From: Longimicrobiales bacterium
Lineage (GTDB): Bacteria > Gemmatimonadota > Gemmatimonadetes > Longimicrobiales > RSA9
Assembly (NCBI GenBank): GCA_035461245.1
Contig: DATHVP010000025.1
Coordinates: forward strand, 79,714 to 143,713
DNA: 64,000 nt
Direction: 5' to 3'
The position numbers were made by a program, and so were the translations under genes. Shown here one piece after another: positions 34,806-42,715 of the stretch. The notes under the pieces were generated by a model. The model searched no databases, had not been told where the DNA came from, and worked only from the letters and a program-made list of their open reading frames with translations. The stretch's first letter is position 1; every line of letters starts with the position of its first letter.

Positions 34806-36284
34806 CTAGGGCACCCGGACGCGGTAGAAAACCTCGAAGGATGCGCCGTGGCCGGCCATGCTGCCGCTCATCTGGATCCTCCAGTGCGTGACGTTGGCGT
34901 CATAGCCCGCCGGCGCGCCGCCGCCGCCGGACACGGGGACATACGTCCACGTCACACCGCCGTCGCTGGAGAACTGCGGTGTGCCCAGCGCCAGCCCCGA
35001 CGCCGACGCGCCCTGCACCAGCAGGAACGGAGCGCCGCCAAATGCGTCCAGTTCCAGGGCCACGCCGTCCAGCGCCGTCCGGACAAGTACGCCCTCCGCC
35101 GGCGCGTGCGCCGGGTTGGAAACGGCCACCGAGTAGAGCCGCACGTCGCCCGGCACGGCCGCCGCCACGTCCACGGTGTGCAGGATGTTCAGTTGCGGCG
35201 ACGGCTGGAGTGTGAACGGGACGGACGCCGCGTTGTTCGCCGGGTCCGAGTCGGTGCCCGTCCAGGTGGCAATGACGGCGGACGCGGACAGGCCGGCCGG
35301 TTCCGGGACAGCCGTGCCGCGCACCGTGATCTGCAGCTGCCGCTGCGCCTCCGCCGCCAGCAGCGGCAGCGTCCAGCGGTCGGGGCGGCCATCGCCGTTC
35401 GTGTCGGCGAACGCGGTGCCCGCAGGCGCGCTGTGAGTGACGTACGTCACCTGCGACGGCAGCGCGACGTCCACCCCGACACCGGTGAAATCATCGAAGT
35501 AGATGTTCCTCAGTGTGACGGTCAGCGTCATGTCCTGGCCGTGGCCCACGTGGGCGGTGCCGGCAACCACTTCAACGCCCATGTCCGGCGGGAAGAGCGA
35601 GCCGCCCGTCGGGCCGCCCATGTTGTCCTCCACGTGGCCCGGCAGGTTGAAGCCGCGGGATGACGAGATATGGAACCCCACGTTTTGCGGCCCCGCCATG
35701 CCCAGGTCGCTCCAGGCAAGACGCGCTTCCATCTCCAAACCGGTGACAGAGCCGCCTGTAACGTTGGAGTAGAGCGTGGCGCAGCCCGTGGCTGAACCGG
35801 GCATCGTAAACCCATCGCCACGGATGGGATCGCCGCCCGCGGCGACCTGCACATACGTGCACAGCGAGGCCGTCGTGCGCCGGTTGCTACCCTGCCAGTC
35901 CACGGCAAAGACACGCTCCCCGGTGGACATGCGACCGTCGTTATTGTCGTCCAGGTAGAACAGCCACGTCGTCGTGTTGCTGGAGCTGGCATAGCGCTCA
36001 ACGTAGAAGTACAGGTACGCCGCGTCCCACGTGTAGGAGAAGAATTTCAGGTCCCGGCCGGCGCTCTGGCCCGGGTCGTTCTCGCACGCCTGACCGGCCT
36101 GGCAATCCGTGCTGAACTGGCCGGGGTTGGTCAGGATGGACGGCGCTGCCGTCCAGTCGGACATGTGGCCATCCACCGTGATGGTCCGATCAATCCGCGC
36201 CTGCGCCGCTGCCGGCGCCCTGATGGCGACGAGCGCAAGCAGCGCCATCGCCGCAGCCACGACTGCCTGTCGGAGCCACGTCAT
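34806..36284 (-). CDS. Secreted protein: CBM9/DOMON-like N-terminal domain plus DUF11-type Ig-fold repeats
   Basis: Signal peptide. ITVDGHMSDWTAAPS...FSYTWDAAYLYFYVE resembles sugar-binding CBM9-like modules. DUF11 signature DVALPSQVTYVTHS. ATG 36284 overlaps the stop of the 1457-aa gene (ATGA). Confidence 0.7.
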   Translation of the reverse strand: MTWLRQAVVAAAMALLALVAIRAPAAAQARIDRTITVDGHMSDWTAAPSILTNPGQFSTDCQAGQACENDPGQSAGRDLKFFSYTWDAAYLYFYVERYASSSNTTTWLFYLDDNNDGRMSTGERVFAVDWQGSNRRTTASLCTYVQVAAGGDPIRGDGFTMPGSATGCATLYSNVTGGSVTGLEMEARLAWSDLGMAGPQNVGFHISSSRGFNLPGHVEDNMGGPTGGSLFPPDMGVEVVAGTAHVGHGQDMTLTVTLRNIYFDDFTGVGVDVALPSQVTYVTHSAPAGTAFADTNGDGRPDRWTLPLLAAEAQRQLQITVRGTAVPEPAGLSASAVIATWTGTDSDPANNAASVPFTLQPSPQLNILHTVDVAAAVPGDVRLYSVAVSNPAHAPAEGVLVRTALDGVALELDAFGGAPFLLVQGASASGLALGTPQFSSDGGVTWTYVPVSGGGGAPAGYDANVTHWRIQMSGSMAGHGASFEVFYRVRVP

Positions 36285-39200
36285 CGGCCACCTCCCATCC
36301 GCGCACGCCAGTTCTCAGCCATGTTCCGACCCGTCTGCTCCGTCACGCTCATGCCCAGGCTCAGGTACCAGCCGCCCCGGCCATCCGGTGCGAAGTCCCG
36401 GTCACTCAGGTCGCCGAAGCGGTACCCCGTCTCCAGCTCCAGCCCCGGCAGCAGCCGGAAGCCCAGCGCCGGCGACAGGTCCCACTGCGCCAGTTCCGAC
36501 CGTGTCTCCCCCAGCACGCGGAACCCGAGGCGGGCGTCCAGCCGGTCCATCAGCGGCTGGCGCACCCGCGCTCCCACGTAGTGGTTATGGCTGCGCAGCA
36601 CCCAGCCGTTGGCGGCCTCGCCGGTCAGCTCCGAGAAGCGGATGGCGTAGCGGCCGCCCAGCTCAGTGCCGTACTCCGTCACCCAGATGCCTTCGGCGGC
36701 GGCGATGATGCGCGCGTCCACACCGTTCAGTACAGCGCCCCCGGCGCGCATGGGGTTCTCGTCCCGACGGCGCTCCAGCTTGAACAGGCCGTTCCAGTCG
36801 CTCCGGTTTGCCGGCCGGTACGCCAGCGCTGCCATGCTGTGGCTGGCCCGCACGGCGGCCACGCCCGTGTCCAGCAGCCGCCGGTCCTCGCGGGCATCCT
36901 GCCGCAGCAGCAGCGCCCACGACCGGTCCAGCACGGCCTCCGCCGTGCCCACCACACGGTAGCCCCGTCCGGTACTCTCACGGTCGTGCAACTCCGCCCG
37001 CAGGCCCAGCATCACGTCCCGCTGCTCCGGGGCCCACGCCACGCCACCGGCCACCGTCCACCGGTCTTCCTCCAGCTCGGGGAACGGCAGCGTCCGCATC
37101 GGATCGGTCTCCGGCAGCCGGCTGATGCCTGCCCGCCGCTCCACCATCGCGTCCACGCCCCAGCCGCCGCCCAGGCTCAGCTTCTGGCCGAGACCCGCCA
37201 GCAGCGCACGCTGGACACCGACAGCGCCGCCGGACTGCTCCATCTGCGTCCACGCCCGCGTGCCCCGGCCGAACTCCGTCCGGACGCCGGCACTGGTGAC
37301 GCCCCACGTCGCCGAGTCCGTGCTGAACACATGGTGTCCCGCCTCCAGCCGCACGCCGTCCAGCACCCGGTACGCTGCGCCGGCGCCGATGCTCCGGGGC
37401 CGCGCCATCGTGCTGCCGCTCAGCGGTTCGCTGCCCTCCACCCAGATCGCCGTCCGTGCCGTCTCCCACGCGGCCCGGACCAGCGCTGACCGGAGCGACG
37501 ACGTCACACCCGACCGCTCACTGCTCTCCTCCTGCACCCCGCCCTCCAGCGTCATCCGGCTGGCGCCCTGGCGCCGCTCCGCGCCCAGCAGCGTCCGCGA
37601 CCGGGCCGCGCCCCTCTGGCTGAACCACTGCTGGCTGTGCATCGCCTCCACGCGCCACGCGCTGTCCAGCCGGACGGCGCCCGCCAGCCGCACGTCCTCC
37701 GTGCCCGCCACCAGCCGCGGGTTCGCCGGGTTGTGGAAGCCACCGCCCGTACGGTTCCACTCAAGCCGCGCCGAGAGCCGGTCCGACGCGCCACCCAGCC
37801 AGCCGGCCGCCTGTATGGCCAGGCCTGCCGAGTCGCCAGCAGCACCGCGGGCCACTTCCACCCGCGCCCCTACCGGGCCCGCCGCCAGCCGCGCGTCCGC
37901 CGACACCAGCGAATGGCCGCCCAGCGTGCTGCGATCCTCGATGAACGCCGCGCCGGCAACCGCCGAATCCGCGGGCACGCCCAGCGCGCCGACCACATCC
38001 ACCTGCGCCCGCACGCCACCCACGAACGACTCCTCGCCGAACAGCTGCTCCGCCAGTACCACCAGCATGAGCGGGTTGCCAGCGGCGTCCGCCGACGGCA
38101 GCGGCCGGCGCAGCAGGATGGCACCGCCGGCCGCGTCCATGTCATAGTCCACGAAGCGCTCCAGCTCGTGCCGCGCCAGCACCAGCGACGCGTTCAGCCG
38201 GTCCCGCGTCTCGATGGCGACCCTGTCCGTGCCCAGGCGGACGGCGCCGCCGACATGGTACGGGCCGGAACTGCCGTTGCCGCGCATCTGGTGCTGCACC
38301 AGCTGCTGGCCCACCAGGCTGCCAAAGCCCAGCAGCTCCACGGCGCCGGCATGGAGCTGGCCGCTCACGCCGGGCAACGCCCGGTTGTAGGAACCAGGCG
38401 TGCCAGGCTCGCCGAAGCCGCGGGTATCCATGTCGCCCAGGAGCAGCCAGCTCCGGTCCCGCTCGATGCGGAGCGACACCGGCGTCGTCAGGCTGCGCAG
38501 CATGATGCGCTCGCTGTTGTCGCCAAGCGTGAGGTAGCGGCTCTCGTCCAGCGCGTCGTACGCGCCGCCGAAGCCGTCCTCGGGCCGGCGGTTCCGGGAG
38601 TCGTAGCTCACCGTCACGGCCGTTCGCTCGTCGAGGGCGCCCCGGGCCAGCAGCGCGCCGTAATTCCGGGAGGCGGCGCCGACACTAACCTCACCGTCGG
38701 CCAGCAGGATCAGCCCGCGCACGTCCGGCAGCACGGCCAGCGGGAAGGTTCCCCGGACCTGGCCCGCCTGGAGCGTGAGGCGCGCAGCGCCCGTGGAGTC
38801 CGCGCGCACCGGCACCAGGGCGACACCATTGGCGTTCACTGGCACCTGGAGCCCGTAGCTGCCGCGGTTCGCATCCTCCGCCAGCACATCCAGCCCATCG
38901 GCGGTCACTGTCACATGCGGCCCCTGCGCCACCGCCACGCCCCATTCGTCCAGCACGCGAACGGCGATGAGCGACGTCGCCCCTGCCCTGACCTCGGCCG
39001 AATCCGCCCGCTCGAAGCGGTGCGGCGAGCCGGACACGTGCACGGAGATGGCGTGACGCTGCTCACCGGCGGCGCCCCGGACCACCGCCTCGATGGTGTT
39101 CGGACCCACCCGCAGCGGCACACCGATGAAGTCCTCGACGCCGTCCGGCCGCAGCACCGACTCCCGGATGAGGGCGCCGCCCACGTAGAGCGCTACCGGC

Positions 39201-40654
39201 CGCGACGCCTCGCCTTCCACGCGCACGTACACCCGATCGTTCGGCAGCATGGCACCGTTCGCCGGCGCCGCCACGCGGGGGCGCGGCACGAACAGGCCGC
39301 CGGCCACGGCGATGCCCTCAACCGCCGCCTCGTCCGCCACGACACTAGTCGTGTCCCGGCGCAGCCCGAAGCCCACCGACGGTGTCGTCCAGCCGTCCAC
39401 GCGGATGCTGGCCACATCGCCGGGCAGGTATCCCGCCGGCACGCTCAGCGGGTCCACCCGCAGCGTATACCGGCCCGGGCGCAGGTCCGGCAGGGAGAAC
39501 CGGCCCTCGGCATCGGCGCGGACCATTTCGCCGCTGGACACCCACACGATGGCGTGGCCCAGCCCCCTCTCGCCGGGCTGCTGCCGGCCGTCGCCGCTGT
39601 CGTCCAGCCACACGCGGCCCAGGACCGCCCGCGTGGCCATGCGGCCGTCGCGCACCCGCACCGCCGTCCACGACGTGTCCGTCCGCGTACCGTCCGCCAG
39701 TTCCACCCAGGTCGCGTGCCGCAGCACGCTGCCCCATTCGGCGCCCGCCGTGGCAGCGTACCGGACCACCACGCTGTCGCCCGGCGCCAGGACCGGCAGC
39801 GCGAAGCGTGGCTCCCGCCCCGCCTCCATCATGAGTGCGCCATGCTCCGTGCCCGGCTGGGGATCCAGCCCCGTCGGGAAGCTGGCCCGCAATGTCGCGC
39901 CGGCCACCGCGCCAGCGCTCGTATTCCGTATGACAACCGTGAATCCCACCGGCCCGGCGACGCCTACCTCCGCCACCGAAGCCCGGCTCTCCAGCGCCAC
40001 TGACGCCTCGGGCGCTGGCGGCTGCGGGTCCGTCACGGCCACGGCCACCGAGGTCGCCACGGCTTCGTCCATGCCGTCGCTGCGTGCCGTTGCACGCGTG
40101 GCGATGGCGCCGCTGGCCACGGACTGGACCTCCACGCTCATCTCGATGACCCGCGTCTCGCCAAGGGCGAGTTCCGCGATCCGCCACCTGGGCGAATTGG
40201 CGGCCGGCCGCGCTGACATGGCCCCGCTGCTGACGCCGGTCAGGGGGGTGTCTGATCCAATGAAGTTCAGTTCCTGCGGCAGTTCATGAGTTACCACGAC
40301 ATTCCGCAGCAGCATCTCAGCCGAGCGGTTGCCCACCGTGATGCGGTACGTCAGCGTGTCGCCCGCACGCAGCGGCCCGCTCACCACTGCTTCCAGTTCC
40401 AGGGCGAGGTCCCGGGGAAGGACCCGCATCTGGACCGGCATGGTTGCCCGGGCCGTGTCCATCCACTCCCGGCCCGTACTGTCAAGGAACCGGATCACTG
40501 CCCGGTTCTCCACCTGGACGACGCCGCCCGACTGGGCCGCCACCGGCGACACTGCCGCCAGCAGCACGACGAGCGGGCCCGCGGCGCGGCCGACGGCACG
40601 CAGAAACGTCCTGCCTGCCGAAAGCCGTTCCGTGAACCCGCTCGTGCGCATCAC
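36281..40654 (-). CDS. Giant (1457 aa) outer-membrane protein: DUF11 repeats + SdrD-B/Cna-B-like + Ig-like domains fused to a C-terminal barrel-like region of about 800 aa
   Basis: Signal peptide to ~aa 41. DUF11 signature VVTHELPQELNFIGS (aa ~119-134). SdrD-B-like GRVWLDDSGDGRQQPGERGLGHAIVWV...DAEGRFSLPDLRPGRYTLRV (aa ~345-400). Ig-like modules run to ~aa 645. From ~aa 650 there are long runs of alternating strand-like segments ending LELETGYRFGDLSDRDFAPDGRGGWYLSLGMSV. Confidence 0.75.
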   Translation of the reverse strand: MMRTSGFTERLSAGRTFLRAVGRAAGPLVVLLAAVSPVAAQSGGVVQVENRAVIRFLDSTGREWMDTARATMPVQMRVLPRDLALELEAVVSGPLRAGDTLTYRITVGNRSAEMLLRNVVVTHELPQELNFIGSDTPLTGVSSGAMSARPAANSPRWRIAELALGETRVIEMSVEVQSVASGAIATRATARSDGMDEAVATSVAVAVTDPQPPAPEASVALESRASVAEVGVAGPVGFTVVIRNTSAGAVAGATLRASFPTGLDPQPGTEHGALMMEAGREPRFALPVLAPGDSVVVRYAATAGAEWGSVLRHATWVELADGTRTDTSWTAVRVRDGRMATRAVLGRVWLDDSGDGRQQPGERGLGHAIVWVSSGEMVRADAEGRFSLPDLRPGRYTLRVDPLSVPAGYLPGDVASIRVDGWTTPSVGFGLRRDTTSVVADEAAVEGIAVAGGLFVPRPRVAAPANGAMLPNDRVYVRVEGEASRPVALYVGGALIRESVLRPDGVEDFIGVPLRVGPNTIEAVVRGAAGEQRHAISVHVSGSPHRFERADSAEVRAGATSLIAVRVLDEWGVAVAQGPHVTVTADGLDVLAEDANRGSYGLQVPVNANGVALVPVRADSTGAARLTLQAGQVRGTFPLAVLPDVRGLILLADGEVSVGAASRNYGALLARGALDERTAVTVSYDSRNRRPEDGFGGAYDALDESRYLTLGDNSERIMLRSLTTPVSLRIERDRSWLLLGDMDTRGFGEPGTPGSYNRALPGVSGQLHAGAVELLGFGSLVGQQLVQHQMRGNGSSGPYHVGGAVRLGTDRVAIETRDRLNASLVLARHELERFVDYDMDAAGGAILLRRPLPSADAAGNPLMLVVLAEQLFGEESFVGGVRAQVDVVGALGVPADSAVAGAAFIEDRSTLGGHSLVSADARLAAGPVGARVEVARGAAGDSAGLAIQAAGWLGGASDRLSARLEWNRTGGGFHNPANPRLVAGTEDVRLAGAVRLDSAWRVEAMHSQQWFSQRGAARSRTLLGAERRQGASRMTLEGGVQEESSERSGVTSSLRSALVRAAWETARTAIWVEGSEPLSGSTMARPRSIGAGAAYRVLDGVRLEAGHHVFSTDSATWGVTSAGVRTEFGRGTRAWTQMEQSGGAVGVQRALLAGLGQKLSLGGGWGVDAMVERRAGISRLPETDPMRTLPFPELEEDRWTVAGGVAWAPEQRDVMLGLRAELHDRESTGRGYRVVGTAEAVLDRSWALLLRQDAREDRRLLDTGVAAVRASHSMAALAYRPANRSDWNGLFKLERRRDENPMRAGGAVLNGVDARIIAAAEGIWVTEYGTELGGRYAIRFSELTGEAANGWVLRSHNHYVGARVRQPLMDRLDARLGFRVLGETRSELAQWDLSPALGFRLLPGLELETGYRFGDLSDRDFAPDGRGGWYLSLGMSVTEQTGRNMAENWRARMGGGR

Positions 40655-40681
40655 CCTGTGGTCCTTGTCCGCTCGCGCGCT

Positions 40682-41839
40682 CTAGCGGACGCGTGCGATG
40701 ATCTCGATGGTCAGCGAAGCACCCGCCGCCAGCGTCGCTACCGTTGCCGTCACCGTCTGCCCACCCGTGGCCGAATCCCAGCCCGTAGCGGTGTGGCTCA
40801 CGTACTCCAGTTCCGCCGGCAGGTCATCCGTCACCACCACATCCACTGCTGCGCTGCCGCCCGTGTTCTCCACCGTGATGACGTAGCGGACCTCCTCGCC
40901 GGGCAGCACGTTGCCGGCGATTACCGAACCGTCAGGACGCGTTACGTCCTTCGCGATGCTGATGGCCGGCCGCGCCAGTGTGGCCGTATGGGTCGCTGCG
41001 TCCGTCACCGAGGCGTCGCTGGCGTTGACGGCCGTCAGCGTGATGCTGCCGGTACCGCTTGCCACGTTCGCGACGCTGTAGGTCACCGTGTAGTCCACGG
41101 ATGCGCCCGCGGCGAGGATGACGCTGGCGGGCATGCCGCCGTCGTCGGTTATGCTCACCTCGCCTGACGCCGACTGGGTCAGGTTGAAGGTGTAGGAGGC
41201 GCCACCGGTGTTCTCGACGGTGAAGGTCACCTGGTACGTGCCCGGCACCACGTCGCGGGTGGCGGGGTCCGCCGTTACCGACACGCCCGCCGTCGGCACC
41301 TCGATGGTCACCGCCGCAGGCGTGTGGCTGACGTCGCCGTCGCGACCGGACGTGGCCGTGAACGTGAGCGCCTGGTCATCGCCGCCGGTTCCGCCGTTCA
41401 CCGAGTAGTTGACGGTGACGGTCAGGTCATCGCCCATGTCCACGTTCATGGCAGCCAGCGCTGCGTTCAGTTCGGCGAGATCCGCGTACGTTGCGGCGCC
41501 GACGGTGAAGCCGGTGACCGTGAGACCGGCGCTCGTCGTCAGCCCCACCACGAACTGGTCTGTCCCGTTGCCGGCATTCGTGATGGTGTAGGCCGCGGTG
41601 CCGGTGGCGCCGGGCAGTGTCGTCAGCCCGGACGGCGGCGCTACCGTGACGCCGGCCTGGAAGCCGACGGTCACGGTGGCGCTGGCCGTCTGCTCAGCGT
41701 ACGTGTTGCCGTTGGCGTCGGTGAACGTCACCCGCGCCGTGTTGGTGATGACCGTGCCTTCCGGCGTCGGTGTCTGGGCCGCCAGCGGCGCTGCCACCAT
41801 CAGCAGCACGGGCAGCCAGAGCAGGATCTGTTTCCTCAT
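40682..41839 (-). CDS. Secreted Thr/Ala/Gly-rich multi-Ig-fold protein with C-terminal DUF11 domain (candidate fibre/major subunit)
   Basis: GGAGAG SD before ATG 41839. Signal peptide MRKQILLWLPVLLMVAAPLAAQ. Repeated beta-rich segments (TFTVENTGG, YVITVENTGG). DUF11 signature VVVTDDLPAELEYVS. Confidence 0.75.
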   Translation of the reverse strand: MRKQILLWLPVLLMVAAPLAAQTPTPEGTVITNTARVTFTDANGNTYAEQTASATVTVGFQAGVTVAPPSGLTTLPGATGTAAYTITNAGNGTDQFVVGLTTSAGLTVTGFTVGAATYADLAELNAALAAMNVDMGDDLTVTVNYSVNGGTGGDDQALTFTATSGRDGDVSHTPAAVTIEVPTAGVSVTADPATRDVVPGTYQVTFTVENTGGASYTFNLTQSASGEVSITDDGGMPASVILAAGASVDYTVTYSVANVASGTGSITLTAVNASDASVTDAATHTATLARPAISIAKDVTRPDGSVIAGNVLPGEEVRYVITVENTGGSAAVDVVVTDDLPAELEYVSHTATGWDSATGGQTVTATVATLAAGASLTIEIIARVR

Positions 41840-41911
41840 TGTTCTCTCCACAGGGCAAGTGGTCCGAATGCACGAAAGGGGACGGCACCCGCCGCCCCGC
41901 TACTTCACCTG

Positions 41912-42439
41912 CTACTGCCGTACTGCACCGGGCGGCGCCGGCCGCGCGCCCACCAGGACGTCATACCGCGCCGTGACGCGACTGCCCGGCGCAACGCCGT
42001 CGGTGATGACCCAGCGGACATGCGTGTACGTCGCCGGGTCGGCCGGCAGCGCCACTGTGCGGCCGCCATCCGTTACCTCCACCATCGGCTGCGGTGAGTA
42101 CGACACGCCGCCATCCACCGAGTACTCGATCCGCGCGGTCACATCCGACTGCGCGCTGCCCCCGATGAAGACCAGCCCCCCGGGCAGCGGGTTGTCGATG
42201 GCCACGTTCCGGACCTCCGCGTCCTGCGTATTCGTGAAGTCCAGGTGGAAGCGGAGCGTGTCGCCCGGCAGCGTGGCCGCCGCGGAAGACCGCGCGCTGT
42301 CCTTCGCCAGCGTCAAATTCTCCTGCCGCAGCACCAGCGCTTCATCCCCGCCGGACGCCTGCGCCCGCGCCGCCCTGGCCGGGCCCAGCACCGCCATCGC
42401 CGCTGCCAGCACCGTCACCAGCTTCATGGTCCTTTTCAT
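41912..42439 (-). CDS. Small secreted single-DUF11-domain protein (175 aa)
   Basis: GGGAGG before ATG 42439. Signal peptide MKRTMKLVTVLAAAMAVLGPARA. DUF11 signature VRNVAIDNPLPGGLVFIGGS. First gene of the cluster. Confidence 0.65.
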   Translation of the reverse strand: MKRTMKLVTVLAAAMAVLGPARAARAQASGGDEALVLRQENLTLAKDSARSSAAATLPGDTLRFHLDFTNTQDAEVRNVAIDNPLPGGLVFIGGSAQSDVTARIEYSVDGGVSYSPQPMVEVTDGGRTVALPADPATYTHVRWVITDGVAPGSRVTARYDVLVGARPAPPGAVRQ

Positions 42440-42571
42440 TTCGCCTCCCGTGTCCGATCGTGCGGCGGACGCCCGCTATTGCGCCCGCCGGATGGCCAGC
42501 AGCCCGGTCGCACCGTCGTCGGCGATCTCAGCTGTGGTCGGTCACTGGGAATATTGCCGTAAATGGTTGCG

Positions 42572-42586
42572 GCGTAAACGTTTGTG
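42572..42586. promoter_or_regulatory. Palindromic operator-like site GCGTAAACGTTTGTG (core AAACGTTT)
   Basis: Perfect 8-bp palindrome at 42576-42583 inside the AT-rich divergent intergenic region. Resembles LacI/PurR-type half-site architecture (xxAAACGTTTxx). Confidence 0.3.
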
Positions 42587-42683
42587 AAGGAAGTGTAACG
42601 ATCGGAAAATGTTGCGGGACAAGGGATATTTTGTACTCGCAATCAAATGTGGGGGACCGGAAAAATGTGGAATTCCGTCGCGC

Positions 42684-42698
42684 TGGCACTGCTCGTGC
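42684..42698 (+). promoter_or_regulatory. Sigma-54-like -24/-12 element TGGCAC-N5-GTGC
   Basis: TGGCAC at 42684-42689, 5-nt spacer, GTGC at 42695-42698 (one mismatch to TTGC). The predicted +1 near 42710 would leave only ~6 nt before ATG 42716. If the gene starts at 42647 or 42665 instead, the site lies inside coding sequence. Confidence 0.3.
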
Positions 42699-42715
42699 CT
42701 CTGTCCGACCGCCGT

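Noticed and set aside
37637-40003. 788-aa ORF on the plus strand, antisense to the 1457-aa gene, together with other very long antisense or out-of-frame ORFs (26424-28106 minus, 29011-30699 minus, 33096-34502 plus, 49193-50584 plus, 56714-58177 minus, 43157-43990 minus).
   Set aside because: These are typical shadow ORFs of a very GC-rich genome. Their translations are Arg/Ala/Gly/Pro-rich low-complexity sequence with no motifs. The opposite-strand or other-frame ORF in each case has clear family signatures, signal peptides and SD-supported starts.
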